Assembly: GCA_964057225.1 (NCBI GenBank)
Contig: OZ059894.1
Span: 14,136,001 to 14,200,000 of the forward strand
Source: Auanema rhodensis
Taxonomy: Eukaryota > Animalia > Nematoda
DNA: 64,000 bases
Direction: 5' to 3'
The first letter of the stretch is position 1, and each line of letters begins with the position of its first letter. Shown here in pieces: positions 27,457 to 39,822 of the stretch. Under the pieces are notes generated by a model. The model was not told the DNA's origin. It saw nothing but the letters and a program-made list of their open reading frames with translations, and ran no database searches. A program made the translations under genes and the position numbers.

Positions 27457-27792
27457 CAAGCAGAAAATTCTCAAAATAGATCATGTTGTCTTTCTCTTAG
27501 ATATGATTCTGTGGTATACACACGTGTTTCATTTATATTTTCATAATTATGTGATAGTTTGTTCGAAAAATCTAGTCACCATTACCAACTCAGTCCCTGT
27601 GTTTTAAAAAATAGGAAATGTTGACATTTTCTCATGAAAATAATTCTCGAAAGTGTTCCCAATATCTACTGTGATACTCATTTTTATATTAAATCTTCTT
27701 TTAACAATCTTCTGAAATATAACAAGGCCTATGAATGGATCAAATTAAAAACAATGTACTAAATTATTTACTTTTCCGAGGAACTAATTCAC

Positions 27793-28913
27793 TTAAAGAT
27801 CGTTTACATCATACTCTTCTGGTTTCAATCCCCAGCTAGCAAGGACATTCTTAGATAATGAACGAGCCTGGAAATAAAAAATTATTTTGATAACTGATAA
27901 TAAAGTTGCCTTTCCGTCAGCAGAGTTCCTTGGGAGAGTTTCAATGGCTTGCTTAAGGGCCTTGATAGCATCATCCTTCTTTCCGCTAGCTTTAAGGGCA
28001 AGACCGTTATAATAGTGGTTGGCGGGAGAGAAATCACGCTAAGCAAGAACAAAGTTATAAATATAAGAGGAAATATGATAAGCATACCTTGAGTTCCTCA
28101 GCCTTGGCAAAATTCTCAATAGCCTTCTTATGGTCCTTATTATTGTGGTGAGCAACACCTACAAATTAGAATATTATTTATACTAGCAAGTCATTCTCAC
28201 CGAGAAGATGGAATGCGTATGGGTCAGTGCTATCAAGAGCAACGGCCTTTTCAAGGTGCTTTACGATGTCTTCACCATGGTCGGTTTTTTCGACGGTATC
28301 AAGGCGGGACAAAAGAATAGCAAACCTAAAAATAATTTGATATTGGAACTCTGTAAAACTTCAACCAATACCATTTATGGGCTCCAGCGGATCCCTTGGC
28401 GGGTTCAACAGCTAAAGCTTTCTTTACATGCTCCTTGGCCTAAATTTATTCTTTTAGTTCACGCAGATAGAAACCTTTTTTTACTTCGTGGAGAAGGTGA
28501 GCCTTCTCCTTTGCATCCTTAGTGAGGTCAGCCTTTTCAATAAGAATACGAGCGAATCTCCACTGGATTTCAGTATGATGCTCATCAGATACCCTTGAAG
28601 ATGAAAAGAATCTTTAAGATTATTAAACATTGATATATCTACTTGAAGAGAGCTTCCTCAGCCTCTTGTAAAACAGAAGGAGACTCGATGAAACCCTTCT
28701 TGCTGGTAGTCTTCAAAGCTTCCTCTAAAGACTTGACGGCCAGTTGGTACCTAGAACAGAAAAAATACAAAAATACAAAAATATCGACACTTACCAGTCA
28801 GGCTTCTTAGAGAGTTCTTTGTCAGTAAGAGCTACAGCAGCAGCAGCTCCAATTTGAACTCCAGCAGCACCGGTAGCAACACGGCCAAGAACTGTAGCTG
28901 CCCGACGGAACAT
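27793..28913 (-). CDS. Regulator of microtubule dynamics (RMD/FAM82)-family TPR-like protein, probably mitochondrial (rmd-2-like)
   Basis: MFRRAATVLGR targeting-like N-terminus, EIQWRFARILIEKA, AGAHKWFAILLS and HLEKAVALDSTDPYAFHLLG. Confidence 0.8.
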
Positions 28914-29253
28914 ACCTGAAACAATTCCCAAAGTTCATAGAACGTCAGATTTAAGAATATTAATGATATAGAAGAAGCCCTTATTAATTATAAATTTTAT
29001 TCAATTCATATTTAATTTTTTAAATTAATAAAAAAGAAAAACTGCCCAAAAACAAAATAAGGAAAAATTGTATTAATAGACAAGAAGATCGTACCGCCCA
29101 TTTGTTAAAGGGCGTATTAGTAATAATTAGGTCTTACACCGATTTTTCATACTTGAATATATGCCAAATTTTGAAGCACTTTATTTATTCATTTTAAAAT
29201 AGCTTATTTTAATTTTTATTGTTTTTATGAAAATATAAATTTACATAATTAGG

Positions 29254-31658
29254 ATGACCGAAAGGGACGATGGGTTCAGTTCTGACGAGGATGGGAAACA
29301 TCTCACCAAAAAACAGCTTCAGGTTAGATTTAGTTAAGTTTATTGTCAGTACGTTCTGATTTCTAGGAAATTGAGAGAAGGCGCCTGAAGAATAAAAAAA
29401 AGAAGCAATCAAAAAAAAATAAGTCAGATGTTGAACAGAAGGAGTCGGGAATTGATTCTCAACCTGATGAAAAAAATGAAAAAGAGGAAAAGCCTGTAAT
29501 TATGGGTGATATGGATGTTGATATGGAAGACTCGAAAAATAATGATGAATCCAAAATGGATATAGAAGATTTAGTAAAGGCTAACATGGAGGAGGTTAGT
29601 TACATGATTAAGAAATTCTTTATTTCAAAAAGTTTTTTTCAGGAAGAACTCTCCGTTGAGATAGAATATGTTGGCGAGTCTCCACAACTCGATGAAGAAG
29701 ATCCCAATTTCCAATATTTCGCAAGTGTGTTTAATTCATTCACGGTTTGTATATTTTCAGTTTAATGTTACTTTTCCCTTTGAAGGTTGATAGCGTGGAT
29801 GAGAAGAAAGAAAATATTCATCGTTTTTCCAAAATAGATGATTCACAGAGACCTACATTGGATAAAATTTTAGCTGAAGAATTCACTGTTTGTTGATATC
29901 ATTTATTTCATTTTTTTAATTGAGAATTTTAGGAAAAAAATGATGAAACAGATCTGCAGAAAATGTCTAGAAGAAAATTAAGACTTGCTATGCAGCCTAG
30001 TGTTGCTAAGCTCAAGGAATCTACTACAAGGCCTGATGTAGTTGAATGGGCTGATGTAACTTCTAGGGATCCGTTTCTATTAGTTCACTTAAAATCTATC
30101 CGTAATACTGTTCCTGTTCCTCGTCATTGGAATTCCAAAAGAAAGTAAGTTAGCAGAAATTAATGCACATTGAATTATTTTATCTAAGATATCTTGCTGG
30201 TAAAAGAGGATTTGAAAGACCGCCATTCCAACTTCCTGATTTTATTAGAAGAACTGGTATTCAAGAAATGAGAGAGTCGCTTTGGGAAAAGGTTCTTTAT
30301 TTGAATGTTTCTTATTGAGCTTATCTGTTTAGGAAGACCATCAAAGCTTAAAATCTAAAATGAGGGAACGTGCTCGTCCAAAACTTGGTAAAATTAACAT
30401 AGATTACCAGAAGCTTCATGATGCTTTCTTCAAATGGCAAACCAAGCCACTTATGACTGGAATGGGAGAACTCTACTATGAAGGAAAAGTGAGTACAACC
30501 TTTTTTCTATTCACAAAAGTATATTTTTTAGGAAATTGAAGGAATCATGAAAGACAAGAAGCCTGGCCATTTATCCGATGAACTCCGTATAGCTTTGGGT
30601 ATGCCAGTTGGTCCTAACTCTCATAAATTCCCTCCTCCCTGGTTGATCGCCATGCAAAGATACGGTCCTCCTCCTAGTTATCCTAATCTGAAGATTCCTG
30701 GATTAAATGCTCCAATCCCCGATGGATGTGCGTTCGGTTACCATGCCGGAGGTTGGGGTAAACCACCAGTCGATGACTATGGTAAACCTCTATATGGTGA
30801 CGTATTCGGAGTCGAAGTAAATTTGCTTTACATGCTTTTTTTTAAAGTTACAAATATTTAGCCTCAATCTCAATTAGAAGCTGAAGATGAATCACGCATC
30901 GAACGAAGACATTGGGGTGAAGTCGGTTCCGATGAAGATTCGGATGTTGAGAGTGAACCTGAAGAGGATGAAGAAGATGAGCCAACTAAAGGTTGATTAT
31001 TTACTCTGATTTGTTAAATATTGTTTTTTTAAGTTGATGGTATTGCTACTCCAATAACTGAAACTGGTCTCGTTACCCCTAGTGGAATTAGTACTACAGT
31101 TACTGGTCTAGAAACACCGGAATCCATAGAACTCAGAAAAGAAAAGAGAGATGAAGGGTTGGAAATATTTGAATAAACAAATGTGTAAAAGGATAATTAT
31201 AGATTGGGAGGCGTCGACACTCCTGCTGCAGCTTATCATGTCATTCCTGAGAAAAAGGTTGACAGAGTTGGCAGTCAAATGATGGGATCTACTCACGTTT
31301 ATGATTTCACGGTTAGTGTTTCGCTAAAGTTTCATATACCTACTATTATTCTCAGAACAAGAAGGCCATGAATGAAAGTGGAATAGTTGTAGCTTTGGAC
31401 CCTGACGCTATGGACTTAGATCAAGGTATTCTACAAGAAAAGTATGAGGAACAATTACGTAAACAAACGCGTCCTGATGACCAGGAAGATCTCACTGATA
31501 TGGTTGCTGAACATACAGCTAAACAAAATGTAAGTGTTCTTAATTTTTTTTAAACAATTACTGAACTATTTCAGAGAAAAAGAAAAGCTCAAGAACAGAA
31601 AAAACAAACTTCCAAAACTCAAGAATCTGGTAAAAAACATAAAGATTTCAAGTTCTAA
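29254..31658 (+). CDS. SF3B2: Splicing factor 3B subunit 2 (SAP145)
   Basis: RPDVVEWADVTSRDP, RNTVPVPRHW, IDYQKLHDAFFKWQ, PPPWLIAMQRYGPPPSYPNLKIPGLNAPIP, ending KDFKF*. Confidence 0.97.
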
Positions 31659-31893
31659 TTTATTTTGTAAATTCTTTTTTGTGTATTGTGTAAAAATCCT
31701 GCATTCTTAATTTTATATCTTCTTGTTATTTTTGCTGATCACTGGTTGTCTGTTGCTCTTATAATAAAATTTGCATCCGGTATTAATGCTATTCTTTTCA
31801 CACTGTGGCTTTGTCAGGATAATACATTGCATCTCATCTTATACTCATATTTGGTACTTAATAGATTATTTTTTCTAGTTCAAGCGCTACAGT

Positions 31894-33821
31894 ATGGCAG
31901 GAAATGCTGATGATGTAGATGTTAATAGAAATATTCTTAATAATTAAAATGTCTTTAGATTTATCATTCCTTGTCTGCTGACGACTATGAAGCAACTCCC
32001 ATGGAAGTAGAATCTTTATGTGTTAGTTGTGAAGAGAATGTTAGTTTTTAATGTTCCATAAATTATGTTTTTATTTGGTGTTAGGGTATCACTAAGTTGA
32101 TGTGTGTTAGTATTCCTTACTACAAAGCCGTTATTCTGATGTCTTTTGAATGTCCACATTGTGGGTATCGTAATAATGAAATTCAAAGTGGAGAAGCTGT
32201 TCAAGTGAGAACTATTATATAGCTTTTAGATTACAGCATTTTTTAAGGAACATGGAACTGAAATTGTTCTTAAAGTGCAAGAACCTGAAGATTTAAGACG
32301 GCAACTAGTCAAATCTGATGTTGCTTCTATCGAAATACCTGAAATCGAGCTTGTCATTCCTCCACGCAGTCAACCCGCAGGTATTATCGTCATGTATTGG
32401 GAAAATTATTGTTAAATCTTCAGAAGTAACTACGATCGAAAGTGTTATTCAACGTGTTCACGCCGGATTGTCTCAAGATCAAGCAAGACGTAAAGAGCTG
32501 GACCCTGAAAGTGCTGAAAAGATTGATGTATTTCTGCAACGTTTGGAAAAATTGTTAGATCTGACAGAAAAGTGGACATTGGTGAGGATTCCTGTAACAT
32601 AAAAAAATGAATTTATTTAAAAATGCTTTAGAAATTGCATGATCCAACTGGTAACTGTTTTATCCAGAATCCCGACCCAAGACATGTTGACCCACGTTGT
32701 ATTGTGTCTCATTACCACCGTAATTTAGATGAAAAAAAGCTTTTAGGTTTAGCTGATGATGATGAACAGTACGATTTTTCAAGATTTTAAGATATGAGTG
32801 AGCCTTTTCAGGGAAGAAGAGCAAGAACCTGCATCAGAATGGAAAACCCCTGATGATGCTACCCAAGAAGTTTTACATTTCAAAACTGATTGTCCTAATT
32901 GTGGGCGCCCAACCGAAGAACTTATGAAGCCAACAAGTGTGTTCAAGTGTTATAATATTTTTCATATATGTATGAGTTAGATATACCATTCTTCCAAATG
33001 GTCATCATTATGGCTTTGACTTGTGAGCACTGTGGACATAAATCAACTGAAGTTAAAAGTGGAGGATCAATAAAAGAGGAAGGTTGCAGATTAGCTGTTA
33101 CAATCAAGCAGGTATATTTACTTATTCGCTTACATATCGGAATTTTTTTTAAGGATGTTGATCTAGCTAGAGATGTTTTAAAATCTGATACTTGCAGTTT
33201 GAGTATACCTGAGCTAGATCTGGAAGTTTGTGCTTTGTAATTTCATGTTTGAACTAATTGTATTCAAGGTTGGCCCTGGTGCTTTGTGCGGTCGATTCAC
33301 AACAATTGAGGGACTCCTTTCTGCCACAAGAGATCAGCTTTCATCGGTTTGATGCTTTTCAATGCTTTGATCAACATTAATTTTCTATAGCAATCGGCTT
33401 TCTTTATGGGTGACAGTGCCGACAATGAAGAGAGATCCAAAATTAATATCTTCTTAAATCAGTTTGACGAGGTATACATAAAACGTTTCTTGGCTACAAA
33501 TACTCATAAGTTATAGGTACTTAATTTAAAAAAAGAAATAACTGTAGTTCTAGATGACCCTGCTGGAAATAGTTACATCCAGGTAGAAAATCAAGCTCAA
33601 ACTCAAGCTGAAATTGTTTTTCAGAGTTTAACGGCTCCTCTTGAAGATCCTCGATTGCAAAAAGAATTTTATACTCGTAATTATGAACAAAATGAGGAAT
33701 TGGGCTTAAACGATATGAAAGTATAGTTCTAATGTAGTAATGTTCTTAGCCACTCGTTTAGGTTGAAAACTATGGTGAATTAGAAGCTCTTGCAGAAGAA
33801 GACGAAGATGCAGATAACTAA
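31894..33821 (+). CDS. zpr-1: Zinc finger protein ZPR1
   Basis: Two ZPR1 units: ESLCVSC...[25 protein letters not shown] and CPNC...[15 protein letters not shown]; [17 protein letters not shown] and [14 protein letters not shown]. Confidence 0.96.
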
Positions 33822-34029
33822 GAGATGAGAAAATTTATTTGTTTTTTATTGTTGACAAATTTTGTTTTTTGTTATAAAGTTTTTAAAACATACACGTGCT
33901 TTAACAAAGAATGATATGCCTTGCATACCTGTAAGTAATAATATAAAATTCGTATAAAGTGGTTAGTATATCACAGAAATAAATATTGTCTAAGTTTAAG
34001 TAGCAGGCCCAAAAGTTAAAATTAACAGC

Positions 34030-35930
34030 CTAAGCTTGTTTCTTCAATCTCTTGCTTTCAATTCTTCTCGCAACTTCTGCACTGGTTCGCTCATTGACAG
34101 CAAGCATATCTTCACGAATTTTGTTCGCTAGTTCCAGAACATCTTCAGAACTTTTCTAAATATTTCAGAAGTAAAAAATGAAAAACATATTATACTAACT
34201 CCTTTGGTACAAACAGGTGGCAAAACCTCTACTATGATTTCTCCATCGCTGTGGAAATATCTATCTTTTCTCGAATAGAATGGTGTGTATTCTGAAGTAA
34301 CAATTGGCACAATTGGAATTTGAGCCTGAAACCATGAAGCTCCATAGAGAAAAAAATAATTTGAAACCCACGTTAACAGCAATATTGAAAGCACCTTTCT
34401 TGAATGATAGCATGCCACCCTTGGCATTTCTGGTCCCCTCTGGGAAAATCCAGAGCTGACAAAATGAATTATTGAGTTACTCTACAATTAAATCTCTTAC
34501 CTTAAGATTTTTCTGGGTTAACTTTTCTACGCATTGATCAACTGTACTCATTGCTTTCTCTCTATTGAACCGATTAATGAAAATACAATTAGCCTGCAAG
34601 ATTGAATAAAATTCTCTACAAGTTTTACACACTGATCCCTCGTTACATATTTTTCAAAACTCAAACAAAGATGAGAAGTATCTTCTGCGCTGTTATACCT
34701 TCTCTCATTCCTTCACCGTTTCGGAACTATTGACACTTGCACTCACATCGAGCACAATCCCGGTTAGTCTGATGTACAGAAAGCGAGATGAGCGTATCTC
34801 TTCATACTCTTGTTCATAAGATCTGATAGACCTCGAAGAAAACACTCAATACAACAACCGTAATATAGCAATAAAGAGTTTTAAACCTTTCAAGCAATAT
34901 AAACCATCTTACAAACTGGGAAACACTTAACCACAAAGGCAGTGTAATTTCAGATTTTCTGACTAGAATTAAATAGAAGAAATACCCATCCGTTTCGAAT
35001 ATACAGGTATATATCAGTTTCCAAAGTATACGTATGTATGACCAAGCGGACTAAAACATCCCTCTCTTCGGGACAAATAATAACTCTCAACAAGAATTTC
35101 TTTCGTATTTCACCCGATTTCTTCTTTTTTCCTAACAAAAACCACACACAGACACACAGACACATACATAGAGACATATATATGTAGACACCATCACATA
35201 GTACACACGGATCCCATTTAATAAATTTTGTGAATAGAAGCAAAAGAAACCATATTTCTTCTTATTTACGGAGCATATATGACAAAATGGATATTCTAGA
35301 AGATAATGGAACCTACCATTAAGCTGCAAGTATTAAAGAAAGGTATGTATTTCAAAGAACTTTTCATCATCACAACTCCTCTCGGAGGCCAGACATGTGT
35401 CATCACAACGATGTCAATCGTACTCTAGAAAAAAATAAACTTAAATACTAGACAGTTTTTTCTACTTTTCTTTAAATAATTAAAACAAAACTATCAACTT
35501 ACTTGATGATTGCAAATCACAACAGCTGGTCCTTTCAAGTCTTTTAGATGTTCATCGAATCCCCTAACTTCAACCTTGATACCAGTCCACATACACCAGT
35601 ATCGGAAGCTGTGAAATATGACATCCGCTCCCTGAAAAATATTATAAGAATAAAATGTTGAAAAAAGTGTTAGTTTCTCCAAAATCTTTGAATATCAAAC
35701 TTTAATTAATTTCAGACACAATAAACTAACTAGAATATGAGAAGCACATTGAAGAAATATAAAATACATACTTCTTGTTTGATAAAGGACGGTATCATCA
35801 GAATATGGCAAAGAACTCCATGTAAGAAGATTGTGATGTAGAAAAAAATTATTTTAACATAGTATTGAAAGGCTGTCGAGAATTTGAACAGCACGAAAAA
35901 TGCTATAGCGAACAGTATCAATAACCACAT
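34030..35930 (-). CDS. 1-acyl-sn-glycerol-3-phosphate acyltransferase (AGPAT1/2; acl-1/acl-2-like)
   Basis: Acyltransferase blocks NHQSTID, FINR, WIFPEGTRN, FKKGAF and PIVPIV. Confidence 0.93.
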
Positions 35931-37842
35931 ATCTCTAAAAAAAACAATGATACACGTGTTAATCATTTCATTACTAATGGAAATTCAGAATCCTCTATGA
36001 ACCCATAAAGAACGGAGTTGTCGTTCTACACAAACAGAAGATGTACAAAGATAAGAAATTATATACGAACATTATCACAGAATAATTAAGACTTATCGTC
36101 TGATAATATTTTAGAGTACAAAACAAAGCTTTCAAGAAATCGTATCTTCTTAGCAATCATTTAAATCAATATCTCAATCATTCGGCTAGTAACAACCACC
36201 CCCCCCCCCCTTCCTTTAAAAGACCTAAGATATTTTATATCACGCTATACATCTGAGTTTTCACAGCACTTCCATTATATTTCAGTGGTAACTTCTGCTC
36301 AAAAAATTCAAAATCAGTTACACGAAAATATAAGAAACAGGAGAAGGCAGAGGCCATAAGTCATGCCATTCTAATTGCTTGAAATAAAAGACGACAAATT
36401 TTCGATCCGTTCACTGCTCGTTACAAGCCCAAGCAAACACACAAGTAGTCGAAAGTTAGACACAGGTCCCCAGATTACGAGAAAGATGGGAAACAGAAAA
36501 CATAAAAGGAGATAGCCGTGAGCTTTGCTGACTTGACCAAAGTCTCAAGAGATCGGAAGACGACTAGTGTGGCCCCACAAGGGCAATTGTCGCCTTATCA
36601 TAGCATGACGATCAAATTTGTTCCACTATCATCCAGCGTATTCCTAAACAAATTGTCAGAGCCAACGTGTTGGATGGATTTCAAATCTCAAAAACCATAG
36701 TTTTTGCTAGAAACTAAGCACACTTATACACACAACAATTACTTAATTTACTATATATTGATGGGATTTTCAATCGCAATCTGATATGGACAACCGAATC
36801 ATATTTCTAGAAAGTTTTGGAGGAACAGCCAAGTTAATAATAAGAAGTATTAAAGGACAGATGCCAGAACAGGGAAACTTGTTTCCATATTCATGTCAAT
36901 TTGAAAGTAATTACGTACAGTCATAGGGGCAGATTTTTGTTCTCACGTCGTAACCTGCATTGTTGGTTACGACTGGCAATATCGACAATGCGTTCTATTT
37001 GCTATGCTTATCTCAGTTTTCGCGGTAAAGTTATGTAAGAACAGTGTACCCTATAGTAGGCACTCATAATTCCAAAAAAATTTGATTAAATTCGGTGGTA
37101 ACAATTTCATATCAAATTAGACACAAATTGTATGTCAATAAATAAGTGAGTATGACTGACGATTAAAAAAGAATTGTTTTACAGAAAAGGTGACTATAAT
37201 TATTAAAGTTTGATTAAACTAATACCCTACTATGTAACTTTCCAATAAGATTTGGATATTTAAAAGGTTTTTTATTATTCAATATCGAGAGCTGGAAAAC
37301 ACATCACTTACAAGCAATGTGATAAATAACTCAAAAAAACTATTGGTTTCAATGTCAATTTACTTTTCTATTCATATTCGTATCCTTTATTTTATATTTT
37401 ACAAAATGATAAAATCTTGAACACTGAAAAATTGCATATCATATAGAGAAATGCAAATAATTGGTGGAGTACCCTTCATTTTAGTGTTTCGTACATTCAT
37501 GATTTATTTGAAATATAGAACGCTATAGCTTGGACAAAACCCTCCACGTAGATTCAGCGTATAGATTGGAATTTCCTTCTAGAAGTGGAAGTGCAACATA
37601 AAGTTGATTTGTAGCCAGAAAACTTTACTCCAATTTGCTATTTCGTTTCGTTGCGTTTGAAGTTCTGAATGTTCATTGAAGCCTTAATTATTGCCTTATG
37701 AATAGGTAAAATGAAAAGAAAACAAGCCGTGAAAGATATAAAGGATAAATATTTAATTTCTCTCAACCTCTACCAGAACATCCATTGATGATATTAATAA
37801 CTACTTTTTTGGGCAATGATCACCGTGTCGTTCAAATCTTAA

Positions 37843-39822
37843 TTGGAACCAAGCCAACTGTCAGAAGTCTTGTTCTCTCTTATTTTCTTTCTTGTCCTAT
37901 TCGTTCTCACAAATACACTACGGACAAATGAACAACCAAGAGGAAAGAGAGGAGCGAAGAGATAGAGAGATAGAGTTGGCTGAGCGCCAATAGAGAGAGC
38001 TGGCGCTCTGCCAGCGTTCTGGCAAGCTGCCAATTTGGAAGATGGCCAAATGCTAGTCTTTATAAATAGAATTGTCGGTTGATCATATTGAGCACCTACT
38101 AACCTTCGTGATAAAAGACTGCAATGTCAAGGGAAATGTTTTTCTTACTTTGCTAGAACATCAACTTATTTTTGAATCTAGAAACTGTAAGTCGTTTTAA
38201 ACAATGCCATCACTTTTTCAATGATCTTATTTTATTTCTACCATATGTTTGAGAATGATTGGTTAATATTCAGTTTAATTATGTTTTTAGAATTCAATCG
38301 TCCTGATATTTCTATCTTTTCACTTTTGTACATTCATTCTAAATTATATTATCTAACTTAAATTATTGAACATGAAGGATCAATTTAGAGATACACGTTT
38401 TTTTTCTTTTTCATAAAGTATATAGATGCCAACAACAATTTGTCAGCGGTTGGACCAGCCTTTTCCGATCAATTATTCAGCACTTTCCTACTATTACCAC
38501 AGACAAGACTTATTTCTGACTTTTTATATAGCCTTACAAAACTGTTGTACATTTCTTCTATATTCTGCTTTCGCCCCTGGTTCCAGTGCTCGTTTAGCTA
38601 GGATCGAATTACCCTGCCGACGAAGAAGTGACATTGATTTCTGAGCTGAAGGGTAATGGCAGCCGTGCAGCCATATATGGGAGTTTGTGTATCTACATAA
38701 ATAGAGCAGCTCTTTCCTTAATAGAATCCATTTATAAACCCCTAGTCAGTTAACAATCATTCTATATTTCAATCTTTACCACTTAAACACGATAGAAATA
38801 TGGCTAAAGACAAGCGAACTGTATCTTTAAAATTTTCTTGATTATTTGTTTCCCCATCAAAACAGGAAGAATTGATTGTACTATTTTGGAATCTAAGATA
38901 AGAATATCAAGTATAATACATATCCTTACATCTCACATCCAATATTTATTATTTTAAACCAACAATAACCATAAATGATTTCCAATCTAACGAATCAGTC
39001 TTAAATTTAGTTTATAGAAAGTAATTATATTCTCACAGCAAAAATAACATATGAAAGAAATTTCGTCTATTCGATGTTTTTTCACTACCCTGCTTGTTTA
39101 AAAAACTATTTTCTCGAATAATGTTTCGTATCACATAACATAGATATGGGTTTTGTGTATTGGCTTCGGGCCAACGAGTTCTTTTCAGTCGTTTCAGTAC
39201 TACTGTTCCAATCGCTGTTTGGAAAAATGCCAAGATTATAAAACGTTAAGATGGGAAAAAAGTGGAATTTCCAAATCCGAAACGAATTCGTTTATCAAGA
39301 ACGCTCATTTAATTCAGTAATTTTTGTTAATTTGTTAATATATTTTTTTCTGAAACTTCCGCATTCAACTTTTGAATTAAAAAATTTACATTCTTATTAG
39401 AGAAAATCGTCGGGTAATCTAAAAATGTGATGTATTTCTAAATTCTTTCTAACACGGATTCTGAACTGGTTGAATATAGTTATAAAAGAAAGCTGCGATT
39501 CTTACATAAAGCCCTTCATCTTGAAACTATTTTGTTAGCTTGTCTATTTTTATTGTTTTCGATAACGTCAAAAACTTCGAAAACTTTTCATTTTCCTCTA
39601 GTCTCCCATTATTTTATATATTTTGCTATTGATTAAGTTATTTGAAAATAATGAATCTGAAGGCGTGATCCCTTTGTTCATGCTTATGTTACTCTCAGCT
39701 TTGACTTGGCTCTAAAAGCGACCATGAAATAGGCAACTAACAACCAAGAACAAGCCACATGTGCTGGAACAGAGCCAAATTTTTTTGACCTTTTAGTAGA
39801 TATTTTGCTGGCGCACTGCCAA
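37843..39822 (+). promoter_or_regulatory. Homotypic cluster of nine NFI-type sites with a TATA box (38061-38068)
   Basis: YTGGM-N5-GCCAR at 37843, 37976, 38000, 38019, 38035, 39160, 39219, 39764 and 39808. TATAAATA follows the four tandem sites, and a GTAAGT donor follows at 38187. Confidence 0.8.
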
